Source of the DNA: Bacteroidota bacterium
Lineage (GTDB): Bacteria > Bacteroidota > Bacteroidia > NS11-12g > UBA955
Assembly (NCBI GenBank): GCA_016787485.1
Contig: JAEUUL010000022.1
Coordinates: 51,887 to 115,886, forward strand
DNA length: 64,000 bases
Direction of reading: 5' to 3'
Shown one piece after another: positions 28,246 through 37,708 of this stretch (position 1 is the first letter of the stretch; the number at the start of each line of letters is the position of its first letter). The translations under genes were made by a program, and so were the position numbers. The notes below the pieces were generated by a model, which did no database searches, was not told the origin of the DNA, and saw only the letters and a program-made list of their open reading frames with translations.

Positions 28246-29190
28246 ATGTCAACCCCACCGGATTTGTCCATTGTCATCCCCGTGTATAACGAGGAAATGA
28301 ACATCAATAAGCTATACCAGCGGCTGGCTTCCGTATTGTCTGGCATGACATTGTCTGCAGAGATTATCTACGTGAACGATGGCAGTAAAGACCACTCTCT
28401 GGCCGTTTTACACAGCCTTGCCGCCAGCGACCCCCGTGTTCACTTTATCGATTTCAGCCGCAATTTTGGCCACCAGCTCGCCATTTCTGCCGGTATAGAA
28501 AATGCCCGGGGCGAGCATATCGTCATTATGGACGGTGATGGACAGGATCCTCCGGAATTAATACCGGAATTGCTGGCCAAAGCACTTGAAGGCTATGAGG
28601 TAGTGTATGCACGCCGCCGAAAGCGGCAGGGTGAGAACTTTCTGAAGAAATTCACAGCCCGCATGTTCTACCGAATCCTGGCCCGTATTACCAATATAGA
28701 AATACCGGTTGACACCGGCGATTTTCGCATCATTCACCGTAAAATTCAGCAGATTCTGAAACGCATGCCCGAACAGCATAAGTACATCCGCGGACAAATC
28801 AGCTGGATTGGATTTAACCAAACCTGGCTGGAATACGACCGGGAAGAACGCATGGGCGGTGAAACCAAATTTACCTATAAGAAAATGATGCGCTTCGCCC
28901 TGGATGGCATCAGCAGTTTCAGCGTATGGCCCCTGAAAGTCGCCACCATCAGCGGTTTTCTTGTTTCGGGGGTGGCTTTTGCGCTTATTGTATACAGTCT
29001 CTACGAAAAATTCTTCGGTACCACAGAACCCGGCTGGACCTCTCTGCATATTTCTGTGTTGTTCATAGGTGGCATACAACTCATCGGCATTGGCATTCTG
29101 GGCGAGTACCTGGGCCGTGTGAGTGAAAATGTAAAAAACAGACCCCACTATATCATCAGGGATACCAACCTGCCGCATGATGAAACTTAA
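28246..29190 (+). CDS. Family 2 glycosyltransferase, polyprenyl-phosphate sugar transferase type (ArnC/DPM1-like)
   Basis: SIVIPVYNEE, VNDGS, IVIMDGDGQD (DxD), C-terminal TM helices. Confidence 0.8.
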   Translation: MSTPPDLSIVIPVYNEEMNINKLYQRLASVLSGMTLSAEIIYVNDGSKDHSLAVLHSLAASDPRVHFIDFSRNFGHQLAISAGIENARGEHIVIMDGDGQDPPELIPELLAKALEGYEVVYARRRKRQGENFLKKFTARMFYRILARITNIEIPVDTGDFRIIHRKIQQILKRMPEQHKYIRGQISWIGFNQTWLEYDREERMGGETKFTYKKMMRFALDGISSFSVWPLKVATISGFLVSGVAFALIVYSLYEKFFGTTEPGWTSLHISVLFIGGIQLIGIGILGEYLGRVSENVKNRPHYIIRDTNLPHDET

Positions 29191-30709
29191 GCCCCACTGG
29201 TGGTTCTGGGTCACCTGGCTCTTGCTCTGCAGTTCTCTCGGGTTCTGGAAAAATCTGCAAAAACCGCCCTACAGCATGCATCAGGGAGCACAGGCCGACC
29301 GCGCTTGTGTTGCCTGGAATTATTACCATGAAAGCATGAATTTCTTCCTGCCCCGGGTCATGGAATCACGTGCCTGGGATGGAATTGCAGGGATGGAATT
29401 CCCGGCACTGCCATACACATCTGCCCTTTTGTACAAAATTTTCGGATTTCACGATGGTATCTACAGGGCAGTGATGTGGTTCATCGTCTCATTCGGTGTT
29501 TATGCAGCCTGGCTTATTACCGGATTCTTTGTCCGGAGAAATCTGAACAGACTGTTGCTGGTATATGGCTGGTACCTTTCACCGGTTCTGGTATTTTATA
29601 CCCCCAATTTTCTCCCAGACCCGGCTGCTTTGTCTTTTTCCATGCTTGCCTGGTATTTCTTTTTCAGGTTCTATTTTCAAATTCAAATCCGAAAATCACT
29701 CTGGCTTTATACCTTATTTATATCGCTGGCGGGACTTATTAAAGTGTCATTTCTAATCACACATTTTGCCATTTTCGGATTGTGTGTACTGCCTCTCATT
29801 CCGCGTTTGAAATTGCCCCTTTCCGTACCGGTAAAGCCACGCCATGTGTTGTGGTTCATTGTTCCCCTCGCATGTGTGGGAAGCTGGTATTCATACAGTG
29901 CTGCACTCACACGTAAAACCTGGAATGTTCATTTTCTGCAACAACCCAATCCTGCAAAAAGCTGGGCACAGCTGACAGACAATACTGCCTATGCTTTTAA
30001 CACGTGGTACGACAGCATATATGCCGGTTATTTGCTGTATTTCGTCATCGCTTTTATTCTTATCACCATTGTCATTCATTACCGTAAAAACCCGCTGATA
30101 GCTGCCATTTCAGGGTTTCTCTTTCTGGGGTTTGCAGCAGCCTTTATTTTATTCAATACACAGTTCAGATACCACGATTATTATTTCATCCTTTTGTTTC
30201 CATTTTTATTTTTCGGATTGTTACTTATGCAGCAAACATTTGTGGAAAACCGCACCGTCTTTATCGGGCTGGTGCCCATCATTCTCATGCTTGGATTTTA
30301 TTATTTTCCTATTCGCAATTTTTTCCATTCCCGCCACATGCAGGATAGGAAATACGGTGAAAATGATTACTACAATCAGGCATTGATACATAATTATTCC
30401 GCATATGATTCCATGGCAATGTATTTGAATAAAAACATTCCTGCAAACAGCCGGATTATGCTGGCTTTTGACCCATCACCCAACACCGGATTGTATTTAC
30501 TGCAGCGCAAAGGGGTAAGAATTGCAACGGATTTTCCTGCGGAATTGGCTCAGTCCATTGCGGCTGAACATCATATAAAATATGTCGTCATCAACGATTC
30601 AGCCCTGTGGAATAAAAATTTCACAAAAGTATTTGGTTCAATTCCGAGAATACGACAACAGTATAACAATCTGTACCTGCTGGAATATGCTGAAATAGAA
30701 AAGCAATAA
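29177..30709 (+). CDS. GT-C fold polytopic membrane protein (putative ArnT/PMT-like glycosyltransferase)
   Basis: More than 10 TM helices; it overlaps the GT2 gene by 14 nt, the classic ArnC+ArnT-type pairing. Confidence 0.45.
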   Translation: MMKLKPHWWFWVTWLLLCSSLGFWKNLQKPPYSMHQGAQADRACVAWNYYHESMNFFLPRVMESRAWDGIAGMEFPALPYTSALLYKIFGFHDGIYRAVMWFIVSFGVYAAWLITGFFVRRNLNRLLLVYGWYLSPVLVFYTPNFLPDPAALSFSMLAWYFFFRFYFQIQIRKSLWLYTLFISLAGLIKVSFLITHFAIFGLCVLPLIPRLKLPLSVPVKPRHVLWFIVPLACVGSWYSYSAALTRKTWNVHFLQQPNPAKSWAQLTDNTAYAFNTWYDSIYAGYLLYFVIAFILITIVIHYRKNPLIAAISGFLFLGFAAAFILFNTQFRYHDYYFILLFPFLFFGLLLMQQTFVENRTVFIGLVPIILMLGFYYFPIRNFFHSRHMQDRKYGENDYYNQALIHNYSAYDSMAMYLNKNIPANSRIMLAFDPSPNTGLYLLQRKGVRIATDFPAELAQSIAAEHHIKYVVINDSALWNKNFTKVFGSIPRIRQQYNNLYLLEYAEIEKQ

Positions 30710-30781
30710 CCTACCGGTTCAATTGTAAGATTCTATCCCGGGATTTGAAATTCCAGAGATTCAGTTTAATTTTGAATTTGC

Positions 30782-33700
30782 ATGAAACGACACTTACTTT
30801 GTATAGCTTCTGTACTATTTGCCATAACGGCTTCTGTTTCCGGACAATCCAGAGGATTTGTTGCCAACTCAGGACAGATTGAAGACCAGGATGGGAAACC
30901 CAACCTTAAAGTCCGGTATCAGTATGCCTCTGCAGGTGCAAACATTTCCCTTGTACCGGGTGGGTTTGAATACCACCTGTACGAGGCAGTATTTGAAAAG
31001 GATTTTAAAATGCCCGGCTTTTCAGACCCTGAAAAAAAACAGCCGGCTCCGCCACAAATGAGCTACCACCGCATTGAGGCACAATTCATCAATAGCAATC
31101 CTGCTGCCCGGTATATTCCGCAGGATGCCATCCCGGTGTGGTACAATTATTACACGGGCAACACACCAGAATCCGGCGTTACAGTCCATTCCACCAAAAA
31201 GGTATTATTGCAAAATATTTACAACGGAATTGATATTCTATTTTCGGCAGACAATGGATTTAAATATGACATCATTGTTCATCCCGGTGGCCGTTTGCAG
31301 GATGTGGAACTGAGATATTCGGGTGCTGACGGATTGAAAATTGCGGCGAACGGCGCGCTGATATTACAAAATTCCATCCGTGAAATATCCGAGACAATTC
31401 CTGCCAGTTTTTTAATTCATCCCGAACAAAAAACTCAAACCCCTGCAGAGGTAAGCTACCACTTGAATCCGCAAACAAATACGGTCACCTTTGCCACTAC
31501 ACCCTATGACCCGTCCATGGAACTTGTGGTGGATCCCTGGGCCACCTATTACGGAGGAAATGACATTGAATACGGAGAACGGGTTGGACTGGACCCTGCC
31601 GGCAATGTCTATTTCAGTGGGTTAACCCTGTCCATTGCAAGCATAGCCACCACAGGGGCTTACCAAACCACACGGGGTGGAGACTGGGATGCATTTGTGG
31701 CGAAATTCAGCAAATCGGGTTCCATCATTTGGGGTACCTATTTTGGTGGCAGCACACTGGAATACAATTATAGCCTGGGGGTTGATTCCACCGGAAAAAG
31801 GGTGGCCATCTGCGGCCATACCCAATCCACCTCGGCCATAGCCAGTTCCGGCGCACACCAGACCAGTCTGTCCGGCACAGGCACCTGGGATGCCTTCATT
31901 GCTGTGTTTAATGACAGTGGCAAACGACAGTGGAGTACCTATCTTGGCGGGACAAGCAATGATTACGGGAACTCCCTGTGTTTTGATGGTGCAGGCAATG
32001 TCATTGCTTCGGGGTATACTTCCTCCTCTTCGGGTTTTCCAACATCGGGCGCACACCAGAGCACAAATGCAGGATCTTTTGACATGTTTTTATCAAAATT
32101 CAACAGCAGCGGAGTATTGCAATGGGGTACATTTATCGGTGGCACTCAAACCGAAATCGTACTAAACAGTGTATGCGACTATAACCGGGATATTCTCCTG
32201 GTTGGCTACTCAGCATCCTCCACGGGTATCGCGACTTCCGGTGTCCACCAAAGTGGAATTGCCGGATCGGGAAGCACAGATGCCATTCTGATTAAATTTA
32301 ATACGAACGGGCAACGTTTGTGGGGCACCTATTATGGCGGTACAGGTGGTGAGATGGGTCTGGGAATCAGCCTTGACAAAAAGAGCAACATCCTGTTGTG
32401 CGGATCCACTGGTTCCACAAGCAATATAGCCACCAACGGGTCCCACCAGATTTTAACGGGTGGATCAAATGATGCATTTCTGGTAAAATTCAATAAAAAC
32501 GGAACCCGCCAATGGGGCACATACTATGGCGGCAGCAGCAATGAGGAATTCTATGGCACAGGGGCTGATTCCGCTGGCAACGTGTATGCGGGAGGAATGT
32601 CCTACTCTACTTCCGGCATTGCCACAACCGGTGCTTACCAAACCACAAATGCAGGCGCAGAGGATGGCGTGATTGTGAAATTCACAGATTCCGGTAAACG
32701 GGTTTGGGCTACCTATTTTGGCGGCACTTCTACAGACAGGATTTATGGAATGGACGTAAATCCAAACGGTGATGTTTTAATTGGAGGATACACGGGCTCC
32801 AACTCCGGAATCGCTACCACCGGCGCACACCAAACAACCAAAGGCGTTGGCGAAGATGGTTTTCTGGCTTTGTTCAACGGAAAAGGCAGCCTGAATTCAT
32901 TGGACAACAATACCATCAGCGGCAATACGGAAGTCTGTTACAACCAGTCACCCGGGAAATTGACCGGCAGCACACCCACCGGGGGCACGGGCAGCTATAC
33001 CTACAAATGGATGGTGTCCACAACCTCCGCCACATCCGGATTCAGCACCGCCTCAGGCACCAGCAACCAAAGCGATTATACACCGGGTGCACTCACCCAG
33101 ACCACCTGGTACAAGCGGGTTGTAACCTCCGGCAGCCAGAATGATACAAGCTCCGCCCTGCGTATTTCAATTCAAACGGTTTCTGCCGGTTTCAGCATCA
33201 ATGACACCAGCCAGTGTGAGGGCGCAAATCAGTTTGTTTTTACCAATTCCAGCACCACAAATACAGGAGGAATAAAAATCTACAACTGGAAATTCGGAAC
33301 CGACACTTCTACTGCAAAATCCCCGGTCAAATCATTTACTACCGTGGGTAAAACTTCGGTCAAACTGCTGGTTGTAAGCTCAGGTAACTGCAAAGATTCG
33401 GTGACCAAAAACATTTACATCGATCCGGATCCGCAGGCATCATTTAAAATCAATAACAATACCCAGTGTTTGCCCGGGAATCAGTTCAATTTTACCGGAA
33501 CAAGTACCCTGAGTACAGGCACCATAATGCAGACCCAATGGGATTTTGGGGATGGCAGCACACAATCGGTGGCGAACCCGGCAAAATCCTATGCCAATGC
33601 AGGAAGTTTTTCAGTCTCACTGGTGGTTACATCCGATAAAGGATGCACAGATACAGCACGAAATTCCGTAACGGTGAAAAAGAATGCCACAGCAGATTTT

Positions 33701-34954
33701 ACAATCAATTCCGATGCACAATGTCTGGCGCAAAACAATTTTATTTTTACCGATGCAAGCAAAAACAATGGTGAAACCATCAGCCTGAGAACCTGGCATA
33801 CCGGCGACGGGAACCAATCCAACAGCCAGAATCCATCTTACTCCTATTCGGCGCCTGGCAACTACAAGGTAAAACTAATTGTGCGCACATCTTATGGCTG
33901 CCAGGATTCCCTTGTAAAAAATGTAAATGTGTATGCCATGCCAACCGTAAAACCCCGGGTAAATGAAAAAACACAGTGTTTTACCAATCACCAGTTTGAA
34001 TTTACAGACAGCAGCACCGTACAAAACGGCACACTTTTCAAACGGACCTGGTATGTGGACGATGGAACCAAATCCACATTTTTGAAATGGAACAAATCGT
34101 TCACTTCTGTTGGAATACACAAAGTAAAACTCGTGGTAGAATCCAATTATGGTTGTTCTGATTCCGGCGAATTACAAATTCGTGCGGTGCCGGATGCCAT
34201 TGCTAAAATCGGGCTAACTGCAGTAAACACCTGTCTGGGGAACAATCTGTTCCAACTGGCAGACAACAGCACCATCACCGGAGGCAGCATTGCAAAACGC
34301 CGCTGGGATTTTGGCGACGGCACATCCGCCACACAGAAAAACACATCCAAAACCTACGGCAATGCAGGTACTTATACAGCGCGACTGGTGGTGGAATCAG
34401 ACCAGGGATGCAAAGACAGTGCTGAGGAGGAAATAACGGTATATCCCGGCCCCACCGTGGGAAACATCAGTGGCTTGTTTCAGAATTTAAATGCAGGTAC
34501 CCCGTATTTTTATATCATTACCAGCCAGCCCAACACTACCTATACCTGGAAAACAATTAACGGAACATTGCTGTCAGGCCAGGGAACTTCCACAGCCAGT
34601 ATCAGTTGGACTGCCATGGGGGCCGGCAGCGTATCCGTTGTGGCTTCACAATCCAATGGCTGCAAGGATTCAACCCAGAAACTTGTGGAAATTACAGGTA
34701 TGTCCGGGATAAAATCAACCGGGAAACATTCAACAGAAATATATCCCAACCCTGCAGATGATTTCATTTATATCAATCCGTCCAATGCAGAACTCATGCT
34801 GGTTTATTCCTCAGGCGGACAGCTCATATACAGGGGGAATCCACTGAAAATATACAACACAAGGGATATTAGGGATGGTGTATACCAGTTGATACTGATG
34901 TATAATTCCGGCAAAACAGAAAGTGGGAAATTTATTGTTTCCCATCACAAATAA
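30782..34954 (+). CDS. Large T9SS-secreted protein with SBBP beta-propeller repeats and PKD domains, Por C-terminal sorting domain
   Basis: Repeated ...GNVYxxGxTxS...IATTGAYQT...DAFVAKF (SBBP); several WDFGDG PKD units; C-terminus IYPNPADDFIYIN...GVYQLIL (T9SS CTD). Confidence 0.8.
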   Translation: MKRHLLCIASVLFAITASVSGQSRGFVANSGQIEDQDGKPNLKVRYQYASAGANISLVPGGFEYHLYEAVFEKDFKMPGFSDPEKKQPAPPQMSYHRIEAQFINSNPAARYIPQDAIPVWYNYYTGNTPESGVTVHSTKKVLLQNIYNGIDILFSADNGFKYDIIVHPGGRLQDVELRYSGADGLKIAANGALILQNSIREISETIPASFLIHPEQKTQTPAEVSYHLNPQTNTVTFATTPYDPSMELVVDPWATYYGGNDIEYGERVGLDPAGNVYFSGLTLSIASIATTGAYQTTRGGDWDAFVAKFSKSGSIIWGTYFGGSTLEYNYSLGVDSTGKRVAICGHTQSTSAIASSGAHQTSLSGTGTWDAFIAVFNDSGKRQWSTYLGGTSNDYGNSLCFDGAGNVIASGYTSSSSGFPTSGAHQSTNAGSFDMFLSKFNSSGVLQWGTFIGGTQTEIVLNSVCDYNRDILLVGYSASSTGIATSGVHQSGIAGSGSTDAILIKFNTNGQRLWGTYYGGTGGEMGLGISLDKKSNILLCGSTGSTSNIATNGSHQILTGGSNDAFLVKFNKNGTRQWGTYYGGSSNEEFYGTGADSAGNVYAGGMSYSTSGIATTGAYQTTNAGAEDGVIVKFTDSGKRVWATYFGGTSTDRIYGMDVNPNGDVLIGGYTGSNSGIATTGAHQTTKGVGEDGFLALFNGKGSLNSLDNNTISGNTEVCYNQSPGKLTGSTPTGGTGSYTYKWMVSTTSATSGFSTASGTSNQSDYTPGALTQTTWYKRVVTSGSQNDTSSALRISIQTVSAGFSINDTSQCEGANQFVFTNSSTTNTGGIKIYNWKFGTDTSTAKSPVKSFTTVGKTSVKLLVVSSGNCKDSVTKNIYIDPDPQASFKINNNTQCLPGNQFNFTGTSTLSTGTIMQTQWDFGDGSTQSVANPAKSYANAGSFSVSLVVTSDKGCTDTARNSVTVKKNATADFTINSDAQCLAQNNFIFTDASKNNGETISLRTWHTGDGNQSNSQNPSYSYSAPGNYKVKLIVRTSYGCQDSLVKNVNVYAMPTVKPRVNEKTQCFTNHQFEFTDSSTVQNGTLFKRTWYVDDGTKSTFLKWNKSFTSVGIHKVKLVVESNYGCSDSGELQIRAVPDAIAKIGLTAVNTCLGNNLFQLADNSTITGGSIAKRRWDFGDGTSATQKNTSKTYGNAGTYTARLVVESDQGCKDSAEEEITVYPGPTVGNISGLFQNLNAGTPYFYIITSQPNTTYTWKTINGTLLSGQGTSTASISWTAMGAGSVSVVASQSNGCKDSTQKLVEITGMSGIKSTGKHSTEIYPNPADDFIYINPSNAELMLVYSSGGQLIYRGNPLKIYNTRDIRDGVYQLILMYNSGKTESGKFIVSHHK

Positions 34955-34963
34955 TCAGTCGAT

Positions 34964-36781
34964 TCAGGCATTTTCCGAGGCGGGAGTATCATCCCCCCAG
35001 AAATCGCCGGGTTCCTGCTGGCGTTCGACCATGCGGCGGTAAATTCCACTACTCCGCGCCATCAGTGCTTCATGACTGCCTTGTTCTGCAATGTGTCCGC
35101 CCTGCAGCACAATAATCTGGTCGGCATTCCGAATGGTGCTGAGCCGGTGTGCAATCACAATGCTGGTGCGCCCTTCCATGAGGTGCTGCAGCGCTTCCTG
35201 CACCTGCTGTTCACTTTCACTGTCCAGGCTGCTGGTGGCTTCATCCAGAATCAGCAGGCGCGGGTCCTTCAGCATGGCACGGGCAATTGCAATACGCTGC
35301 CGCTGCCCCCCGCTGAGCTTGATGCCCCTGTCGCCCACCACGGTTTTGTATCCCTCCGGAAAGGCCATAATAAAATCATGCGCATTGGCATTGCAGGCTG
35401 CCTGTTCTACCTGCGCTTCCGTGGCCTGCGGATTGCCGTACAGAATATTTTCATAAATACTGCCTCCAAAAAGAATAATTTCCTGTGGAACCAGAGCCAT
35501 GCTGTTGCGCAGCGTAAACAGGTCTGCATTTGCGATGTCTTCCCCTCCTATGCAGATTCTGCCCGACACAGGTTCATAAAAACGGTACAAAAGATTGACC
35601 AAGGTGCTTTTCCCTGCACCACTGGGACCCACCACCGCAAGGGTACTCCCGCTGGGCACCCGGAAATCAATATCTTTCAATACCTCAAATCCTGGTCTGC
35701 TGGGATAATGAAATGCCACATGCTCAAATGCCACATCCCCCTGCAGTTTCTCTTTGGGTTCTCCTGCATGCATTAAGGGTTCGGTCGGTTTGTCAATTAG
35801 TTCCAGTACCCTGTCCACCGCGCCGATGGTCTTCTGTATCTGTACAAACTGTTCTGCCAGTCCGCCAATACTGCCACCCACAAAACCGGTAAACATGATA
35901 AAACTGAATAATTCACCGATTTCCATTTCACCCGTGCGCACCATTCCCAAGCCCATAAAAATGAGCCATACTATGCTGCCAAACAGGCAGATGATGATGA
36001 AACTGCTGAATGCTCCACGCAACAAACCACGGAAAATACTTTGCCGTCGAAGGTTCTCCACGTCGGCTCCAAAGCGGTTCAATTCATACGTTTCATTGGA
36101 AAATGCTTTCACATTCTGTATTCCCGTAAAAGTTTCCTCGGCAATCACGCTATTGTTCCCGGTTAATTCCTGCACCTGACGGCTCACCTTGCGTATGTAT
36201 CTGCCAAAAAACAGAGAAATAACGATAACAACCGGGACAGAAATAAGCATATACAAAGCCAGTTTCTGACTTGTAATAAACAACCAGGCGATACCACCGA
36301 AAATAACCAGAACCTGACGCAGAAACATGGCCAGGTTTGTACTGAAGGTATCCTGTATCTGGCCGATATCAGCGGTGAGCCGGCTGAGCAAATCTCCTAC
36401 CCGGTTCTGGTGAAAGAAATCCATATTCTGCAGCAGCACAGAACCATACAATTTCTTTCGCAGAGCAAATGTCAGATTTTCGGTTACACGCACATACAAT
36501 CCAATACGCAAAAATGAAAATACGGCCTGCGCTATGAAAAGGTACACGAAATAGATGGCAAGGGTTTTTAACTGATTTACGTTTGTGCGGGCATCCACCA
36601 GTTTTCCCAGCAGAGCCGGAAACAACAGAGAGGTAACTGCGGTGAGGGCCAGAAAAATGGTTCCGATGCCAAACAACCAGCGGTCGCTTTTGCGTATCAA
36701 TGAAAAAAGGCGCAGGGAACGCTTGATAGAAGGCCAGTTGATGCGGGCTTTGGGTATATCCCTGTCGTTGCGTGCAGACAT
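34964..36781 (-). CDS. ABC exporter, fused permease + ATPase (MsbA-like)
   Basis: Six-TM N-terminal domain; Walker A GPSGAGKST, signature LSGGQRQR, Walker B LILDEATS. Confidence 0.85.
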   Translation of the reverse strand: MSARNDRDIPKARINWPSIKRSLRLFSLIRKSDRWLFGIGTIFLALTAVTSLLFPALLGKLVDARTNVNQLKTLAIYFVYLFIAQAVFSFLRIGLYVRVTENLTFALRKKLYGSVLLQNMDFFHQNRVGDLLSRLTADIGQIQDTFSTNLAMFLRQVLVIFGGIAWLFITSQKLALYMLISVPVVIVISLFFGRYIRKVSRQVQELTGNNSVIAEETFTGIQNVKAFSNETYELNRFGADVENLRRQSIFRGLLRGAFSSFIIICLFGSIVWLIFMGLGMVRTGEMEIGELFSFIMFTGFVGGSIGGLAEQFVQIQKTIGAVDRVLELIDKPTEPLMHAGEPKEKLQGDVAFEHVAFHYPSRPGFEVLKDIDFRVPSGSTLAVVGPSGAGKSTLVNLLYRFYEPVSGRICIGGEDIANADLFTLRNSMALVPQEIILFGGSIYENILYGNPQATEAQVEQAACNANAHDFIMAFPEGYKTVVGDRGIKLSGGQRQRIAIARAMLKDPRLLILDEATSSLDSESEQQVQEALQHLMEGRTSIVIAHRLSTIRNADQIIVLQGGHIAEQGSHEALMARSSGIYRRMVERQQEPGDFWGDDTPASENA

Positions 36782-36945
36782 GTGGATGCAAAATTCGGTG
36801 TAAATGCAGACGAATGAGATTCCATTTTACCTGAAACCGGAAAATTCCAAAGGTCATGGTAGTTTAATACTATATAAATTGAGCATAAAATACCATGTTT
36901 TTGCCCCTTTTATTTACTTCCTTGAGCCCTGTTTCGGAGGGGTAA

Positions 36946-37635
36946 ATGAAGGCATGGATAAAGTCGGCAGGAAATCTGTTTTTTCCGGTGGTATGCCAGT
37001 CTTGCGGCAGTTGGCTGGTTCAGGGTGAAAATGCGCTTTGTATGCATTGTGTGGATGAATTGCCACGCACCGGTTATTCACTGCAACCAGGCAATCCCAC
37101 AGAACGAATTTTCTGGGGCAGGATAGACCTGGCGCTGGCAGGCAGTTTTCTTGAATTCAGAGAAGGAGGCGTGGTTCAGGATTTAATGCACCGCATCAAA
37201 TACAAAGGACAGAAAGAACTGGCACATGCCCTGGGGCTGTTATATGCTGAAGAAATTAAAAGTCGTTTTCAATCTCCGCCTGATATTCTTCTGCCGGTTC
37301 CATTGCATCCCCGGCGGGAGAGACAGAGGGGTTACAACCAAAGTGAATGGTTTGCCAAAGGCATGGCAGAAATACTTGAGTGTACTGTCAATACGGATTT
37401 GTTAAAACGCGAGATTTACTCACAATCTCAAACGCGCAAGGGCAGATTTACCCGCTGGGAAAATGTGGGCCACATCTTTATGGCCAGAAACAAGCGGCTG
37501 CTTGAAGGCAAAACCGCAATTCTGGTTGATGATGTAGTGACAACCGGTGCCACTCTGGAGGCCTGTCTGCAATGTCTCAGGGACATTCCCGGCATAAGGC
37601 TCGGGGTGCTCTCCCTGGCCATCGCAAACGGTTAG
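36946..37635 (+). CDS. ComF family protein (double zinc ribbon + phosphoribosyltransferase domain)
   Basis: CQSCGSW...CMHCVDEL and the PRTase motif ILVDDVVTTGATL. Confidence 0.75.
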   Translation: MKAWIKSAGNLFFPVVCQSCGSWLVQGENALCMHCVDELPRTGYSLQPGNPTERIFWGRIDLALAGSFLEFREGGVVQDLMHRIKYKGQKELAHALGLLYAEEIKSRFQSPPDILLPVPLHPRRERQRGYNQSEWFAKGMAEILECTVNTDLLKREIYSQSQTRKGRFTRWENVGHIFMARNKRLLEGKTAILVDDVVTTGATLEACLQCLRDIPGIRLGVLSLAIANG

Positions 37636-37708
37636 TATATTGTAAAAATCGTGTAAGGTCGCGGTCCTATGGCCATTTTCAGATATTTTTGCCCTTCTCT
37701 ATACTAAG

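Noticed and set aside
35072-36179. + strand ORFs of 234, 121 and 141 aa
   Set aside because: They are antisense to the MsbA-like ABC exporter, which has Walker A, signature and Walker B motifs.
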